The notes below the pieces were generated by a model. It was not told the DNA's origin and did no database searches. It was given only the letters and a program-made list of their open reading frames with translations. Positions 39,420 through 49,216 of a DNA stretch of 54,328 bases are shown in pieces. The stretch spans positions 1-54,328 of the forward strand of contig JAZAAK010000039.1 of the NCBI GenBank assembly GCA_036138175.1, written 5' to 3'. The translations under genes were made by a program, and so were the position numbers. The stretch comes from Thermoplasmatota archaeon (lineage in GTDB: Archaea; Thermoplasmatota; Poseidoniia; Poseidoniales; Thalassarchaeaceae). Positions within the stretch are counted from its first letter, which is position 1, and each line of letters begins with the position of its first letter.

Positions 39420-40592
39420 ATGCCATACGAAGCCCTCGACTTCTACGATGTGGATGCACTTTTGACCGATGAAGAGCAGATGGTCCGAGATATGGTCCGT
39501 GACTTTGTTGACGAAGAAGTGATTCCAAAAATCGAACATGCTTGCAGAGATGGTGTCTTCCCAGACGAATGGAGAGTTGCCCTTGGTGAAATGGGAGTTC
39601 TCGGTGCTCCACTAGATGGTTATGACTGTCCTGGTCTATCCTACACTGCATACGGTGTGATCTGCAGAGAACTGGAAAGAGGAGATAGCGGATTGCGCTC
39701 TTTTGCTAGTGTTCAAGGCAGCCTTGCTATGTATCCGATTTGGGATTTTGGAAGTGAAGAACAAAAGCAACACTATCTTCCAAAGATGGCAAGTGGAGAA
39801 TGGATTGGGTGCTTCGGCCTTACAGAACCCGATTACGGTTCAAATCCTGGTGATATGATTACCAAGGCCGAAGATATGGGTGATTACTATCTATTGAATG
39901 GTGCCAAAATGTGGATAACAAATGGCACTATCGCACAATTAGCAGTTGTTTGGGCTAAATTAGATGGAGTTATTCGTGGATTTATTGTTGAGAAAGACGA
40001 CCCAGGATTTAGTGCTCCTGAAATGAAAGGAAAGCATTCACTCAAGGCTAGTGTAACAAGCGAATTAGTATTCCAAGATTGTAAGATTCCAAAGGACAGG
40101 ATTCTACCGGGTGTGAAGGGACTACGTGGACCGTTTTCATGTTTGAACAACGCACGTTATGGTATATCCTGGGGCGCGGTTGGAGCCGCTCAGGCCTGCT
40201 TTGATTCAGCAAAAGACTACGCCCTCAGTCGAATCCAATTTACTCACCCAATCGCAAGTTATCAATTGGTTCAAAACAAATTAGCATGGATGCTTAGGGA
40301 GATTACCAAGGCCCAACTATTGGCATACCATCTAGGTCAGAAGAAAGATGCTGGTACATGGATTCCAGAACACATTTCTCTTGCAAAGATGAACAATGTA
40401 GACATAGCTCTTGAAATCGCTCGAGAGGCGAGGGACATCCATGGAGCAAACGGTATTCTAGACGAATACTGTATCATGCGCCACATGGCAAATCTGGAAT
40501 CGGTAAAGACCTACGAGGGGACTCATGATATTCACAATCTCATCCTCGGTCGTCACATAACCGGAATACAGGCATTCACTAGAGAACTGTAA
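39420..40592 (+). CDS. Acyl-CoA dehydrogenase, glutaryl-CoA dehydrogenase-like
   Basis: ERGDSGLRSFASVQGSL, FGLTEPDYGS, NLESVKTYEGTHDIH. Confidence 0.92.
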   Translation: MPYEALDFYDVDALLTDEEQMVRDMVRDFVDEEVIPKIEHACRDGVFPDEWRVALGEMGVLGAPLDGYDCPGLSYTAYGVICRELERGDSGLRSFASVQGSLAMYPIWDFGSEEQKQHYLPKMASGEWIGCFGLTEPDYGSNPGDMITKAEDMGDYYLLNGAKMWITNGTIAQLAVVWAKLDGVIRGFIVEKDDPGFSAPEMKGKHSLKASVTSELVFQDCKIPKDRILPGVKGLRGPFSCLNNARYGISWGAVGAAQACFDSAKDYALSRIQFTHPIASYQLVQNKLAWMLREITKAQLLAYHLGQKKDAGTWIPEHISLAKMNNVDIALEIAREARDIHGANGILDEYCIMRHMANLESVKTYEGTHDIHNLILGRHITGIQAFTREL

Positions 40593-40673
40593 ATGATATC
40601 GTAAACAACTACGGTGAGGTCGCTAATCTTCATAGATGTGGCACGGGTCGAGGAGACGTAGAGGGGCAATCAT

Positions 40674-41435
40674 ATGACTATCGCTGTACTACTCAAGCAA
40701 GTTCCAGACACGACCGCAAAGATCTCCGTTAACGGTGGTCGTGTGGATGAAAATGCCGTATCAAAGTGGTCTTTCAGCCCATACGATGAGTATGCGCTTG
40801 AAGCCGCACTGCAGTTGAAAGATTTAGCAGGCGGCGAATTAGTTGCTATCACTGCTGGCCCTGCTCGCTGTGAAAAGTTACTTCGAGACGCTGCAGCAGT
40901 TGGAGTGGATACCTTAGTCCATGTCTCAGCCGAGAACATCAATGAGCTTGATTCGACTCAAGTTCAAAATCTCCTCGCAGCAGCGGTTCAAAAATCCGGG
41001 GCTTCCGTTATTTTCTGTGGTAAACAAGCCGCAGACACCAATGCGGGTTCAACTGGACCTGGGGTCGCAGAACTCATCGGAGCATCCTGTGTCACTCTAG
41101 TATCCGAAGTCACCTCTGATGGAAGTGAATATACAGCTACTCGCCCAAGTTCAGCAGGACACGAAAAGGTGGCAGTGTCTGCTCCTTGTGTATTTGCTTT
41201 CGATAAGGGCGTTACTGAGATGCGTAGACCCAATGTCAGAGGTATTATGATGGCAAAGAAAAAACCCATCGAAACATGGTCTGTTGATGAATTAATTGTT
41301 GATATTGGTGCAATGGGGGTTAGCATAGATTCACATTCTCCACCAGCAGAAAAACCACCTGGCCAGATGTTTGAAGGTGCCGAAACGGTATCTACGGTAG
41401 TAAGTAAACTCCGGGATGAGGCAAACGTAATTTGA
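40674..41435 (+). CDS. etfB: Electron transfer flavoprotein beta subunit
   Basis: KQVPD, YDEYALEAAL, GKQAAD. Confidence 0.95.
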   Translation: MTIAVLLKQVPDTTAKISVNGGRVDENAVSKWSFSPYDEYALEAALQLKDLAGGELVAITAGPARCEKLLRDAAAVGVDTLVHVSAENINELDSTQVQNLLAAAVQKSGASVIFCGKQAADTNAGSTGPGVAELIGASCVTLVSEVTSDGSEYTATRPSSAGHEKVAVSAPCVFAFDKGVTEMRRPNVRGIMMAKKKPIETWSVDELIVDIGAMGVSIDSHSPPAEKPPGQMFEGAETVSTVVSKLRDEANVI

Positions 41436-41447
41436 GGAGGAGAAAGT

Positions 41448-42362
41448 ATGGAATGTACAGTAATCGCAGAAACTTCAGGCAACTCAATCCACCCAATCAC
41501 CGCGCAACTAGTAGGAGCTGCAAGTTCGCTCGGAGCCGCACCTACTGTCGTAGTTCCCGGAGGTATAGGGGCAGAAGATGCAGCAAGCATAGATGGAGTC
41601 TCAAAGGTCGTCTCGGTAGTAGGCGATTGCTTCTCAACATTCGATGGTGGTGCATGGGCTAGTGCAATTTCTTCACAGTGCTCTGGAGTAGTAATAGCTG
41701 GAGCTACATCGATTGGGCGTGAAGTCGCTTCAAGAGTGGCGGCAAAGAAAGGGATTCCAATTATCCAAGACGCCACTGGCCTAGCCTCAGGAATTACCAT
41801 CACTCGCCCAATATATTCTGGAAAGGCAGTTGAAACTTCTACGGTCTCAGGTGATTGTGTGATTACATTGAGAGCAAACGCATTCGAGGCTGCGGGTTCG
41901 GGCGGCAGTGCTTCTGTAAACGTCGTCGACCAAAGCGCGGATGTTTCTATTGCTGTCAAAGAGGCCATCTCGAAGGCTAGCGAGAGACTCGATGTATCAG
42001 AAGCTGATATCATTATCTCTGGTGGAAGGGGTATAGGACAAAAAGAAAATTTCTCACATCTTGAGGAAGTTGCCGACTTGATTGGGGCCGCAGTTGGAGC
42101 GAGTAGAGCTGTTGTTGATGAGTGGGGGATGCCGCACAGTATGCAAGTCGGACAAACAGGAAAGACCGTTACACCTTCACTATACATCGCAGTGGGTATT
42201 TCAGGTGCGATTCAACATCTCGCAGGAATGCGTTCATCAAAGTATATCGTAGCGATAAATAAGGATCCTGACGCACCTATTTTCGGTGTTGCAGACTACG
42301 GAATCGTCTCTACTTGGGAAGAAGCGGTTCCTGCGCTCAAATCAGCCTTAGCGGCGCTTTGA
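41448..42362 (+). CDS. etfA: Electron transfer flavoprotein alpha subunit
   Basis: SGGRG, GASRAVVD, QVGQTGK, GISGAIQH, INKDPDAPIF. Confidence 0.96.
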   Translation: MECTVIAETSGNSIHPITAQLVGAASSLGAAPTVVVPGGIGAEDAASIDGVSKVVSVVGDCFSTFDGGAWASAISSQCSGVVIAGATSIGREVASRVAAKKGIPIIQDATGLASGITITRPIYSGKAVETSTVSGDCVITLRANAFEAAGSGGSASVNVVDQSADVSIAVKEAISKASERLDVSEADIIISGGRGIGQKENFSHLEEVADLIGAAVGASRAVVDEWGMPHSMQVGQTGKTVTPSLYIAVGISGAIQHLAGMRSSKYIVAINKDPDAPIFGVADYGIVSTWEEAVPALKSALAAL

Positions 42363-42368
42363 ATGGGT

Positions 42369-43877
42369 TTATTGAATCCTAATTGTAACCATGGCTTTTG
42401 TGGCCGCTCCCTTATCATCGACAACGGTTAGGTCAAACGGATGAGTTCCCAAAGGCAGGCGGACTCTAACTTGAGCTGAGTCGCCTATTACATTGCCCTT
42501 TGAGTCCTGCCAAGCATAAGACTGAATTTTTCCATCTGGGTCGTATGACCTCGATCCATCTAGGAGAATAGTTGCAGTATTGTCCTCTTCGGCTGAGATG
42601 GTTTTATCCTCACCAGCATCTGCAATAGGCGGAAGATTAATCGCTTTTGCAGATGCGGATAAATCTTCTAATAAATCAGCCTCAGAAATCACTTTCTCTT
42701 CTTCGATGTACTCTAATTCCTCATCCAGTGCATCCATCAATTCATTGGTTTCACTCGATAGAAGAGGAGGCGCTTCTGCTTTGGCAATCTCTTCATCACT
42801 CAAGCCGCCTGCAAACTCATTTGGGAAATCGTTGCTAAACTCATAGACAAAGGACTCGTCCTCGGGCATTATAGGTTCGGAATTCGGTTCGAGTAAAACA
42901 ACCGAAGCGGGGTTTTGACCCGCTGGTGATTGACCAATAACCGTGATTAAATCTGAACTAATTGCCAGAACTTCACTAACTAAACCATCATGCTCATAGG
43001 ACCAGATTACTTCACCACTAGATGATATTCTCATTGCATTAAACCAAGTGCCAATAATCAAATCTTGATCCCACTGGATTAATGAAGAAACCGAATTTTC
43101 AACGATTAGTAACTCCTCTACATCCTTACCAATTCTAAATCGTAGTATCGCTCCATTTTGACAACCGACTATTGCACCATCCTCGGTCGCAAGAATGCTA
43201 GTTGCCATGGCTGGTAACTCAGTAGTATGCAGAAGTCCCCTCTGAGGGTGCCAACACTCTAGACGATTTTCGGGTCGTTCGTCTAGCGTCATACCTAGAG
43301 AATCTCGACAGGCTAGAAGAATACCATCTGACCGGAAACAAATTTGCGAGATTGTTTCAACGTCTTCAGGATCGGCAAACGATTCTTGTAGAATTTCTCC
43401 GGATTTGCTTGATAGGAGTAAAGTCCCATCTGTTTTTGCGATTGCAAAAAAACCGCCATCAACAGAATGTGTCAGGCGATTAACATCTCCATGATATTGA
43501 GTTCTTTCCTTATCTCCTTTTGAGTTGAGGAAGATAATCGACCCAGAGGTGTCTGATATACAGATCATATCCCCCAAAGAGATCATATGTTCAATTCCTG
43601 ATTGGATTTCATGTTGCCAACCAGGAGATTCATTCACTGACTTAATTAGACCTGTAGCCGATGCTGCGATAACATTCCCATCCGATTTGATTATTGAGAT
43701 AATTGCCGAATCTAAATCGGCATCCTGTAATAGATTATCTATCTCAAAAATTTGCAGTTTACCATCGATAGTACCTACTGCAAAGCGAGAGTCCCCGAGC
43801 ACACAGATATATGCCACATCCTCAAGCATTTCAATCTCGGCAAAGGCCTCGATTGTCGGCAAACTGTCAATCTTCAC
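42369..43877 (-). CDS. Beta-propeller (WD40-like) protein with C-terminal PKD domain
   Basis: Repeated blade motifs, an acidic linker, then PPIADAGED...LDGSRSYDPDG.IQSYAW...LTVVDDKGA. Confidence 0.75.
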   Translation of the reverse strand: MKIDSLPTIEAFAEIEMLEDVAYICVLGDSRFAVGTIDGKLQIFEIDNLLQDADLDSAIISIIKSDGNVIAASATGLIKSVNESPGWQHEIQSGIEHMISLGDMICISDTSGSIIFLNSKGDKERTQYHGDVNRLTHSVDGGFFAIAKTDGTLLLSSKSGEILQESFADPEDVETISQICFRSDGILLACRDSLGMTLDERPENRLECWHPQRGLLHTTELPAMATSILATEDGAIVGCQNGAILRFRIGKDVEELLIVENSVSSLIQWDQDLIIGTWFNAMRISSSGEVIWSYEHDGLVSEVLAISSDLITVIGQSPAGQNPASVVLLEPNSEPIMPEDESFVYEFSNDFPNEFAGGLSDEEIAKAEAPPLLSSETNELMDALDEELEYIEEEKVISEADLLEDLSASAKAINLPPIADAGEDKTISAEEDNTATILLDGSRSYDPDGKIQSYAWQDSKGNVIGDSAQVRVRLPLGTHPFDLTVVDDKGAATKAMVTIRIQ

Positions 43878-43943
43878 AAACTCAACCCAGAGTTAGTGGT
43901 TTTCACAATACCGGGTAAATGGACAAGGAAAAATTATCTAAAT

Positions 43944-45434
43944 TTAGGCTTTAGCAGAATCTTTTCTCTTGGTTTCTAAGGATTCCAGATATGCTTGGTC
44001 GATTCTGCCTGCAACATAGCGACCATCAAAACATGAGCAGTCAAAGTTTGCAAGACGGCTATCTCCTGCACCCAAACATGATTCAACTAAATCATCGAGT
44101 TTTTGATAGATTAACCAATCAGCATCAATTGCTTCACCCACCTCTGCAGAAGTGCGATTATGAGCGACATACTCATGCTTTGCAGGCATGTCGATTCCAT
44201 ACACATTTGGATGAACAACAGGTGGGGCTGCTGAGGCGAAGTAGACCTTTTTTGCGCCCGCTTCTCTAGCCATCTCAACTATCCTTCTGGAAGTATTTCC
44301 TCTGACGATGCTATCGTCCACAATTAGTACATTTCTTCCTTCAAATTCATGTCTAATCGTGTTTAGTTTCTTTCGTACAGAATCCTTCCTCATGGCCTGT
44401 CCAGGCATAATGAATGTTCGACCAATGTATCTATTCTTTACGAATCCTTCTCTATATGATACACCTAACTCCCTAGCCAATTCAAGAGCAGCAATTCTGC
44501 CACTATCGGGGACCGGGATTACACAATCAATCGCATGATCTGGAAATTCTTCAGCAATACGATTCGCCAACCTCGCACCCATGGCTAACCTAGCCCCATG
44601 GACAGACACTCCGTCCAAACGAGAATCCGGGCGTGCAAAGTAAACATATTCGAAAATACAAGGAGTATGAGGAGGTAAATCTGCACAAATCCTTGAACTT
44701 CTAGTTCCATCCATCCTAACGACAATTGCTTCCCCTGGTTTAACGTCTCTTTCTGTTTCAAATCCAAGTGCCTTCATAGCGACGGATTCAGATGCTACTA
44801 AAGTTTCAGTAAATCCGTCGATTTCACAAGTCCCAATACTTAGAGGCCTAATTCCGTGAGGATCTCGGAAGGCTACCATGCCCCATCCAGTAATCATTGT
44901 AACAACAGAATATGAGCCTTCAACAGTATCGTTAATCGCCTTTATAGCCCGAAAGACGTCATCATCACTAAGTGCATCTAATCCGCCCCTCCGGCCATTG
45001 ATTGAACGCTGAATTTCAGCTGCGAATAGGTTCAGCAATGCTTCAGAATCGGAACTAGTATTGATTCTGCGATGATCTCTTTCAAGTAAGGTATCAATGA
45101 TTTCCTCTGGGTTTGTTAAATTCCCATTGTGTGCTAGGCTTACACCGAATGGGGAGTTGGTGTAGAATGGTTGAGCCTCTGAGGCTGATGCGGAACCTGC
45201 AGTCGGGTATCGAACATGCCCTAGTCCCATCGAACCTTCAAGCGCTTGAATATGACGAAGGCGGAAGACGTCTCGGACTAGACCATTCGCTCTCCTGTGC
45301 GAAATATTACTAGAATCGCTGGTTACTATACCAGCAGCATCCTGACCTCGGTGCTGTAAAACAAGTAAGCCATCGTAGAGTGTCTTCCCCACCTGACTAT
45401 CTGGGTGCCCGACGAGACCTATGATGCCACACAT
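43944..45434 (-). CDS. purF: Amidophosphoribosyltransferase
   Basis: MCGI N-terminal nucleophile, LQHRGQD, HNGNL, PRPP-binding VDDSIVRGNT. Confidence 0.97.
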   Translation of the reverse strand: MCGIIGLVGHPDSQVGKTLYDGLLVLQHRGQDAAGIVTSDSSNISHRRANGLVRDVFRLRHIQALEGSMGLGHVRYPTAGSASASEAQPFYTNSPFGVSLAHNGNLTNPEEIIDTLLERDHRRINTSSDSEALLNLFAAEIQRSINGRRGGLDALSDDDVFRAIKAINDTVEGSYSVVTMITGWGMVAFRDPHGIRPLSIGTCEIDGFTETLVASESVAMKALGFETERDVKPGEAIVVRMDGTRSSRICADLPPHTPCIFEYVYFARPDSRLDGVSVHGARLAMGARLANRIAEEFPDHAIDCVIPVPDSGRIAALELARELGVSYREGFVKNRYIGRTFIMPGQAMRKDSVRKKLNTIRHEFEGRNVLIVDDSIVRGNTSRRIVEMAREAGAKKVYFASAAPPVVHPNVYGIDMPAKHEYVAHNRTSAEVGEAIDADWLIYQKLDDLVESCLGAGDSRLANFDCSCFDGRYVAGRIDQAYLESLETKRKDSAKA

Positions 45435-45490
45435 CGGGAATCGTCTCTCGCTGATTCAGTAAGGACTTAGCCATTTCCGGAGCGAAGTCT

Positions 45491-45679
45491 TCACTTCTTG
45501 GGCTGGGCCATAGAACGGTTTCGCTTGCTCCAGCGGAATTTTCGGCGACGTGCAGATTCGCCATAGCCACATGAAGAGCAAGCTCGCTTTTGCTTGTGGT
45601 AGGAATGTCGACCACAGCGTCGGCATCGAATATGCGTGGACTTTTGCTTCTTGCCCATGCTCGGAGTTCCCTTTGACAC
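45491..45679 (-). CDS. rpl37e: 50S ribosomal protein L37e
   Basis: [23 protein letters not shown]; GTG start with GAGGTG RBS. Confidence 0.95.
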   Translation of the reverse strand: MSKGTPSMGKKQKSTHIRCRRCGRHSYHKQKRACSSCGYGESARRRKFRWSKRNRSMAQPKK

Positions 45680-45785
45680 GATTACCACCTCTGAGGACAA
45701 CGCGGCGACCGACGGGCTTGTTATGAGCGTTACCCAAAGGATTGCAACGGGTTTGCTGGCAAAATAAGCTAAACAAAAACTCGAG

Positions 45786-46157
45786 TTAGTTATCTAACAT
45801 GTCCATAAGGGGGTCTTCCGACGGATTTTTTCTAGATACAATAATCATTTGAAAAGTGACGAATGCGAGAATAAATGGCATCCAAAGCACGATTACTCCT
45901 AAGCCCAATGTAGTAAAGAGGAAAGCTACCTCTAGCATTTCTGAAATTGAAGTATTTCCATCTTTCTGTATTGACATTGCTAACATTGGAACTAGACAAA
46001 GAATTAGTGAAGAAACCAGAGGTATAACTGGACGATGATAAGGATTCCATGTTACGATTAAATGTATAGCAAAGCAGTAGGAAAGGAAAACCAGTGCGAT
46101 TAGCATCATTGCTCCTAAGGATCCTATACCAGCAAATGAAAGGTCAAAACTAACCAT
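45786..46157 (-). CDS. Hypothetical membrane protein (about 3 TM)
   Basis: Hydrophobic ORF translationally coupled to the upstream gene, GGAGG RBS. Confidence 0.65.
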   Translation of the reverse strand: MVSFDLSFAGIGSLGAMMLIALVFLSYCFAIHLIVTWNPYHRPVIPLVSSLILCLVPMLAMSIQKDGNTSISEMLEVAFLFTTLGLGVIVLWMPFILAFVTFQMIIVSRKNPSEDPLMDMLDN

Positions 46158-46756
46158 TAATTTCCTCCTCCTATATTTCTTCTAATCATTTCAGTAACCA
46201 AACGTCTTTCATTATCGTCGAGGGGCTCAATTGGTGGATCTTTGGGGGTAATCTTCTCAGTAAATCTGATGATATGGAAAAATAAGTATACAGTGGCAGC
46301 GATACCAAAGAGGAAACAAACCATCCAGGCTAGCACATCCAGTCTACTATAGGCGTCTGCAAACCATGAGCTTTGGGCAATAGTCCACCAGGACAATCCA
46401 AGGAAAAACCACCCAATTGCTAAGACAGGGAGGTTTCGTTCTGAGTATATTCGGGAGCCTCGGATTATCGTATGGCAACCGATAAATGCAGAAGAAATGG
46501 AAAGTAACGACCAAAAAACCACTTTGAGATAAGATTCCCTTCCATCGTCGTTGCAAAATGAAATGAACTCGCAGCGTTGATAATCCGATTCAAAATACAG
46601 AGCTTGTTCAGGCAAAAATAGAAGTCCTGCAAGTCCGATTAATGCTATAGGACCAGCGAATTTACTACGCTTGAAGGCAGGACCCATCCTCCACATAGAT
46701 AATGCGGCTAGCATTAGGGTGGTACTCAGGAGAGCCTGATTCACCCAGAAGACCAT
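46157..46756 (-). CDS. Hypothetical membrane protein (about 5 TM)
   Basis: Hydrophobic 199-aa ORF; TTCAAA at -30. Confidence 0.7.
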   Translation of the reverse strand: MVFWVNQALLSTTLMLAALSMWRMGPAFKRSKFAGPIALIGLAGLLFLPEQALYFESDYQRCEFISFCNDDGRESYLKVVFWSLLSISSAFIGCHTIIRGSRIYSERNLPVLAIGWFFLGLSWWTIAQSSWFADAYSRLDVLAWMVCFLFGIAATVYLFFHIIRFTEKITPKDPPIEPLDDNERRLVTEMIRRNIGGGN

Positions 46757-46911
46757 GGCTGGTGGAGTGGGGGGATATTCTTTGAATTGACTATCTTCAA
46801 TTTAGGCAAAAATAAGACACTTCGCCCCTAGAGTGCGCCCGCTTTCTCACGACACAATCAAATATGGGTCATAGGTGGGCGCGTCGTCGTAAGACGTTGA
46901 GGTGCTCAGTG

Positions 46912-47193
46912 ATGGTCAAGATGCCACGTAAGGTAATGCGCTACAGCCCGTCGGCTGGTAAGCATACTGAGCACACAGTCGAGCGAGTCAAGAAGCGACG
47001 CGCTTCCGAACTAAAGTGGGGTCAGAGAAGATTCCGTAAGGCTACATCTGGATACCGAGGTTTCCCTCGTCCAAAGCCCTCTGGGGAAAAGCCAACCAAG
47101 CGCGTTAACCTACTCTACCGTTGCTCCGAGACCGGAAAGGCTCACCAGCCTGCCGCACAAAGAGCAAAGAAGTTTGAACTCGTGGAGAAGTGA
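46912..47193 (+). CDS. rpl44e: 50S ribosomal protein L44e
   Basis: KHTEH, LKWGQRRF, GYRGFPRP, EKPTKR, RAKKFELV; GAGGTG RBS. Confidence 0.94.
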   Translation: MVKMPRKVMRYSPSAGKHTEHTVERVKKRRASELKWGQRRFRKATSGYRGFPRPKPSGEKPTKRVNLLYRCSETGKAHQPAAQRAKKFELVEK

Positions 47194-47197
47194 TATC

Positions 47198-47371
47198 ATG
47201 GGAGATGCAAAATTCTTGCGAGTAAACTGCCGAGACTGCGGTCACGAGACTATTATTTTCGAAAGGGCGTCCACCCAGATTTCCTGCTCAATTTGCGGTT
47301 CCACATTGGCCCGCCCTGCAGGTGGTAAAGCCGAGCTAGTTGGTAGCACAATCGTAGACGTCCTCGAGTGA
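47198..47371 (+). CDS. rps27e: 30S ribosomal protein S27e
   Basis: FLRVNCRDCG...CSICGSTLARPAGGKA. Confidence 0.95.
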   Translation: MGDAKFLRVNCRDCGHETIIFERASTQISCSICGSTLARPAGGKAELVGSTIVDVLE

Positions 47372-47387
47372 GGGGGACTGAATTAGA

Positions 47388-48176
47388 ATGGCTGAGACCG
47401 ATGATAATTGGCCTGATGAAGGTGAATTACTAGTTTGCACGGTCAGTGATGTCCGAGAAAACGGAGCTTATCTTAGCCTAGACGGATACGGTTCCCGTGA
47501 AGGATTCGTTTTCGTTGGTGAAGTGGCTTCTGGATGGGTCAAGAACATACGTAACCACATTCGAGTTGGGCAGCGAGTCGTCGCCAAAGTAATCGAAGTC
47601 AAAAAAAATCGAGAACGAGTTGATTTGTCAATCAAGAGTGTTTCAGAAGAACGACGAAGAGACACTATTCAGAGTTGGAAGAATGAACAACGTGCAAACC
47701 AAATTATGGGTGTTGTCGCTGAAAGAACTGGATGGGATGAAGAAAAAGCCACTGAGATTTCAGAAGAGATGACTGAGATTTTTGGAAGCCTGTATGGAGC
47801 CCTAGAGGAATGTGCAATTTCTGAAACTGCATTATCCGATAATGGCTTTAGTGGAGATTGGATGTCCACGGTAATCGAATTAGCGGTAGAGAATATCATA
47901 CCTCCATTTGTTGAGATTCGAGGTCAGTTCAACATCGAAGTTTGGGGTTCAGAGGGTGTTTATGCAATACGAGATGCACTTCTTGCCGCAGAAGCGGTTG
48001 CTGAAGGCGAAGAAGATGCAACACTAACCTGTCATTACGATGGCGCCCCAGAGTATAGGGTCGATATCAGAGCCCCTGATTACGAGACTGCCGAAAGAAT
48101 GTGGGAAAGGGCTCAAACCGCTGCCACTGAATCAATCGCTTCGGTTGAAGGCTCAATCGATATCGAACGCATGTAA
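47388..48176 (+). CDS. eif2a: Translation initiation factor aIF-2 alpha subunit
   Basis: WPDEGELLV S1 domain, WVKNIR, VDLSIK, GAPEYR; canonical position after S27e. Confidence 0.95.
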   Translation: MAETDDNWPDEGELLVCTVSDVRENGAYLSLDGYGSREGFVFVGEVASGWVKNIRNHIRVGQRVVAKVIEVKKNRERVDLSIKSVSEERRRDTIQSWKNEQRANQIMGVVAERTGWDEEKATEISEEMTEIFGSLYGALEECAISETALSDNGFSGDWMSTVIELAVENIIPPFVEIRGQFNIEVWGSEGVYAIRDALLAAEAVAEGEEDATLTCHYDGAPEYRVDIRAPDYETAERMWERAQTAATESIASVEGSIDIERM

Positions 48177-48242
48177 ATCGCCAATATGCATGCTACAACT
48201 TGAAAGACCTCTGAAAGCGGACATGCTTACTGAGGAATCGGG

Positions 48243-48455
48243 ATGGCTCGGACGAGACTACAACGGTGTACCGTTTGTGGCGAGTATGGACTTGCTGAAA
48301 AATGCAAGGAGTGCGGAGGGAAAATGACTTCCGCCGCACCAATGAAATACTCGCCACAAGATGCTCAAGGAGCACGTCGAAGACAGCGAGAAGACGCTGG
48401 AAGTGACGAATGGATCGAATCATTGCCTACTCCTCGAAAGGAGGAGGACGAGTGA
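48243..48455 (+). CDS. nop10: H/ACA RNP protein Nop10
   Basis: CTVCGEY.L.EKCKECGG, PMKYSPQD; canonical synteny. Confidence 0.9.
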   Translation: MARTRLQRCTVCGEYGLAEKCKECGGKMTSAAPMKYSPQDAQGARRRQREDAGSDEWIESLPTPRKEEDE

Positions 48456-49204
48456 GTCGTGCACAGATACATTGGTTGATTGGGGATTCATTACCTGAAC
48501 ATGTGGCTTTGTTGGAAGCCGTACCAGGTGTAGGAAATGTTGGCAAGTTGGTTGTTGACGCATTGGTAGAAAATAATCCTTCGACCCTAATTGCGAGAAT
48601 ACTCCATCCAGATATGCCCCCTCACTCAACTTTGGATAAGGATGGATTGCTCGCTCCACCATCAATGCTAGTCCATCGAGTAATGTTGTCCGATGGAAGA
48701 TATGTTGTGACGGTAACTGGTGAGTTACAGCCAATGACTGCAACAGGACAACACGAGGTTGCGCAGGCTATCTTGGAGATGGCAAAATTGACTCCACAAC
48801 TATTGGTCTTGGCTGGTCTAGCTTCTGAAGTTGAAGAGAAAGCAATCCACGTGATTTGTGCAGATGCAAAGGTACGTAGCAATCTCCAAGCCAATGATAT
48901 CGAAGTTAGTAAATCTCAACCCGAAGCAGGAATGATTGGGGTTGCTGGGCTTTTGGTCTCACTGTCTTCAATACATCAAGTTCCAGCAGTTGCATTAGTT
49001 GCTGATACCGTTGGTGCTTCAGCAGATGTCATTGCCGCGGACAGGCTTGCGCGTTGGATTGAGAAAGCACTGGACTTGCCGCTTGGAATCGACTTAGACA
49101 CGACGGAAGAGACCGCGAGGAAATTGCTCGCGAGTATAGAAGTTAGTGGATCTATCGATGAACACCTTGGAATGCCCGCTGAAGCAGATGACTTCTACGT
49201 CTGA
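48452..49204 (+). CDS. PAC2 family proteasome assembly chaperone/activator
   Basis: PGVGNVGKL, GELQP, GMIGVAGLL; GTG overlaps the nop10 stop; C-terminal FYV. Confidence 0.88.
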   Translation: MSRAQIHWLIGDSLPEHVALLEAVPGVGNVGKLVVDALVENNPSTLIARILHPDMPPHSTLDKDGLLAPPSMLVHRVMLSDGRYVVTVTGELQPMTATGQHEVAQAILEMAKLTPQLLVLAGLASEVEEKAIHVICADAKVRSNLQANDIEVSKSQPEAGMIGVAGLLVSLSSIHQVPAVALVADTVGASADVIAADRLARWIEKALDLPLGIDLDTTEETARKLLASIEVSGSIDEHLGMPAEADDFYV

Positions 49205-49216
49205 ATGGTGAAGTAA

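Noticed and set aside
40988-42187. 399-aa minus-strand ORF
   Set aside because: Antisense to the well-supported etfB and etfA genes; no motifs of its own.
45456-45776. 106-aa ORF overlapping rpl37e
   Set aside because: Alternate frame of the clear L37e gene.
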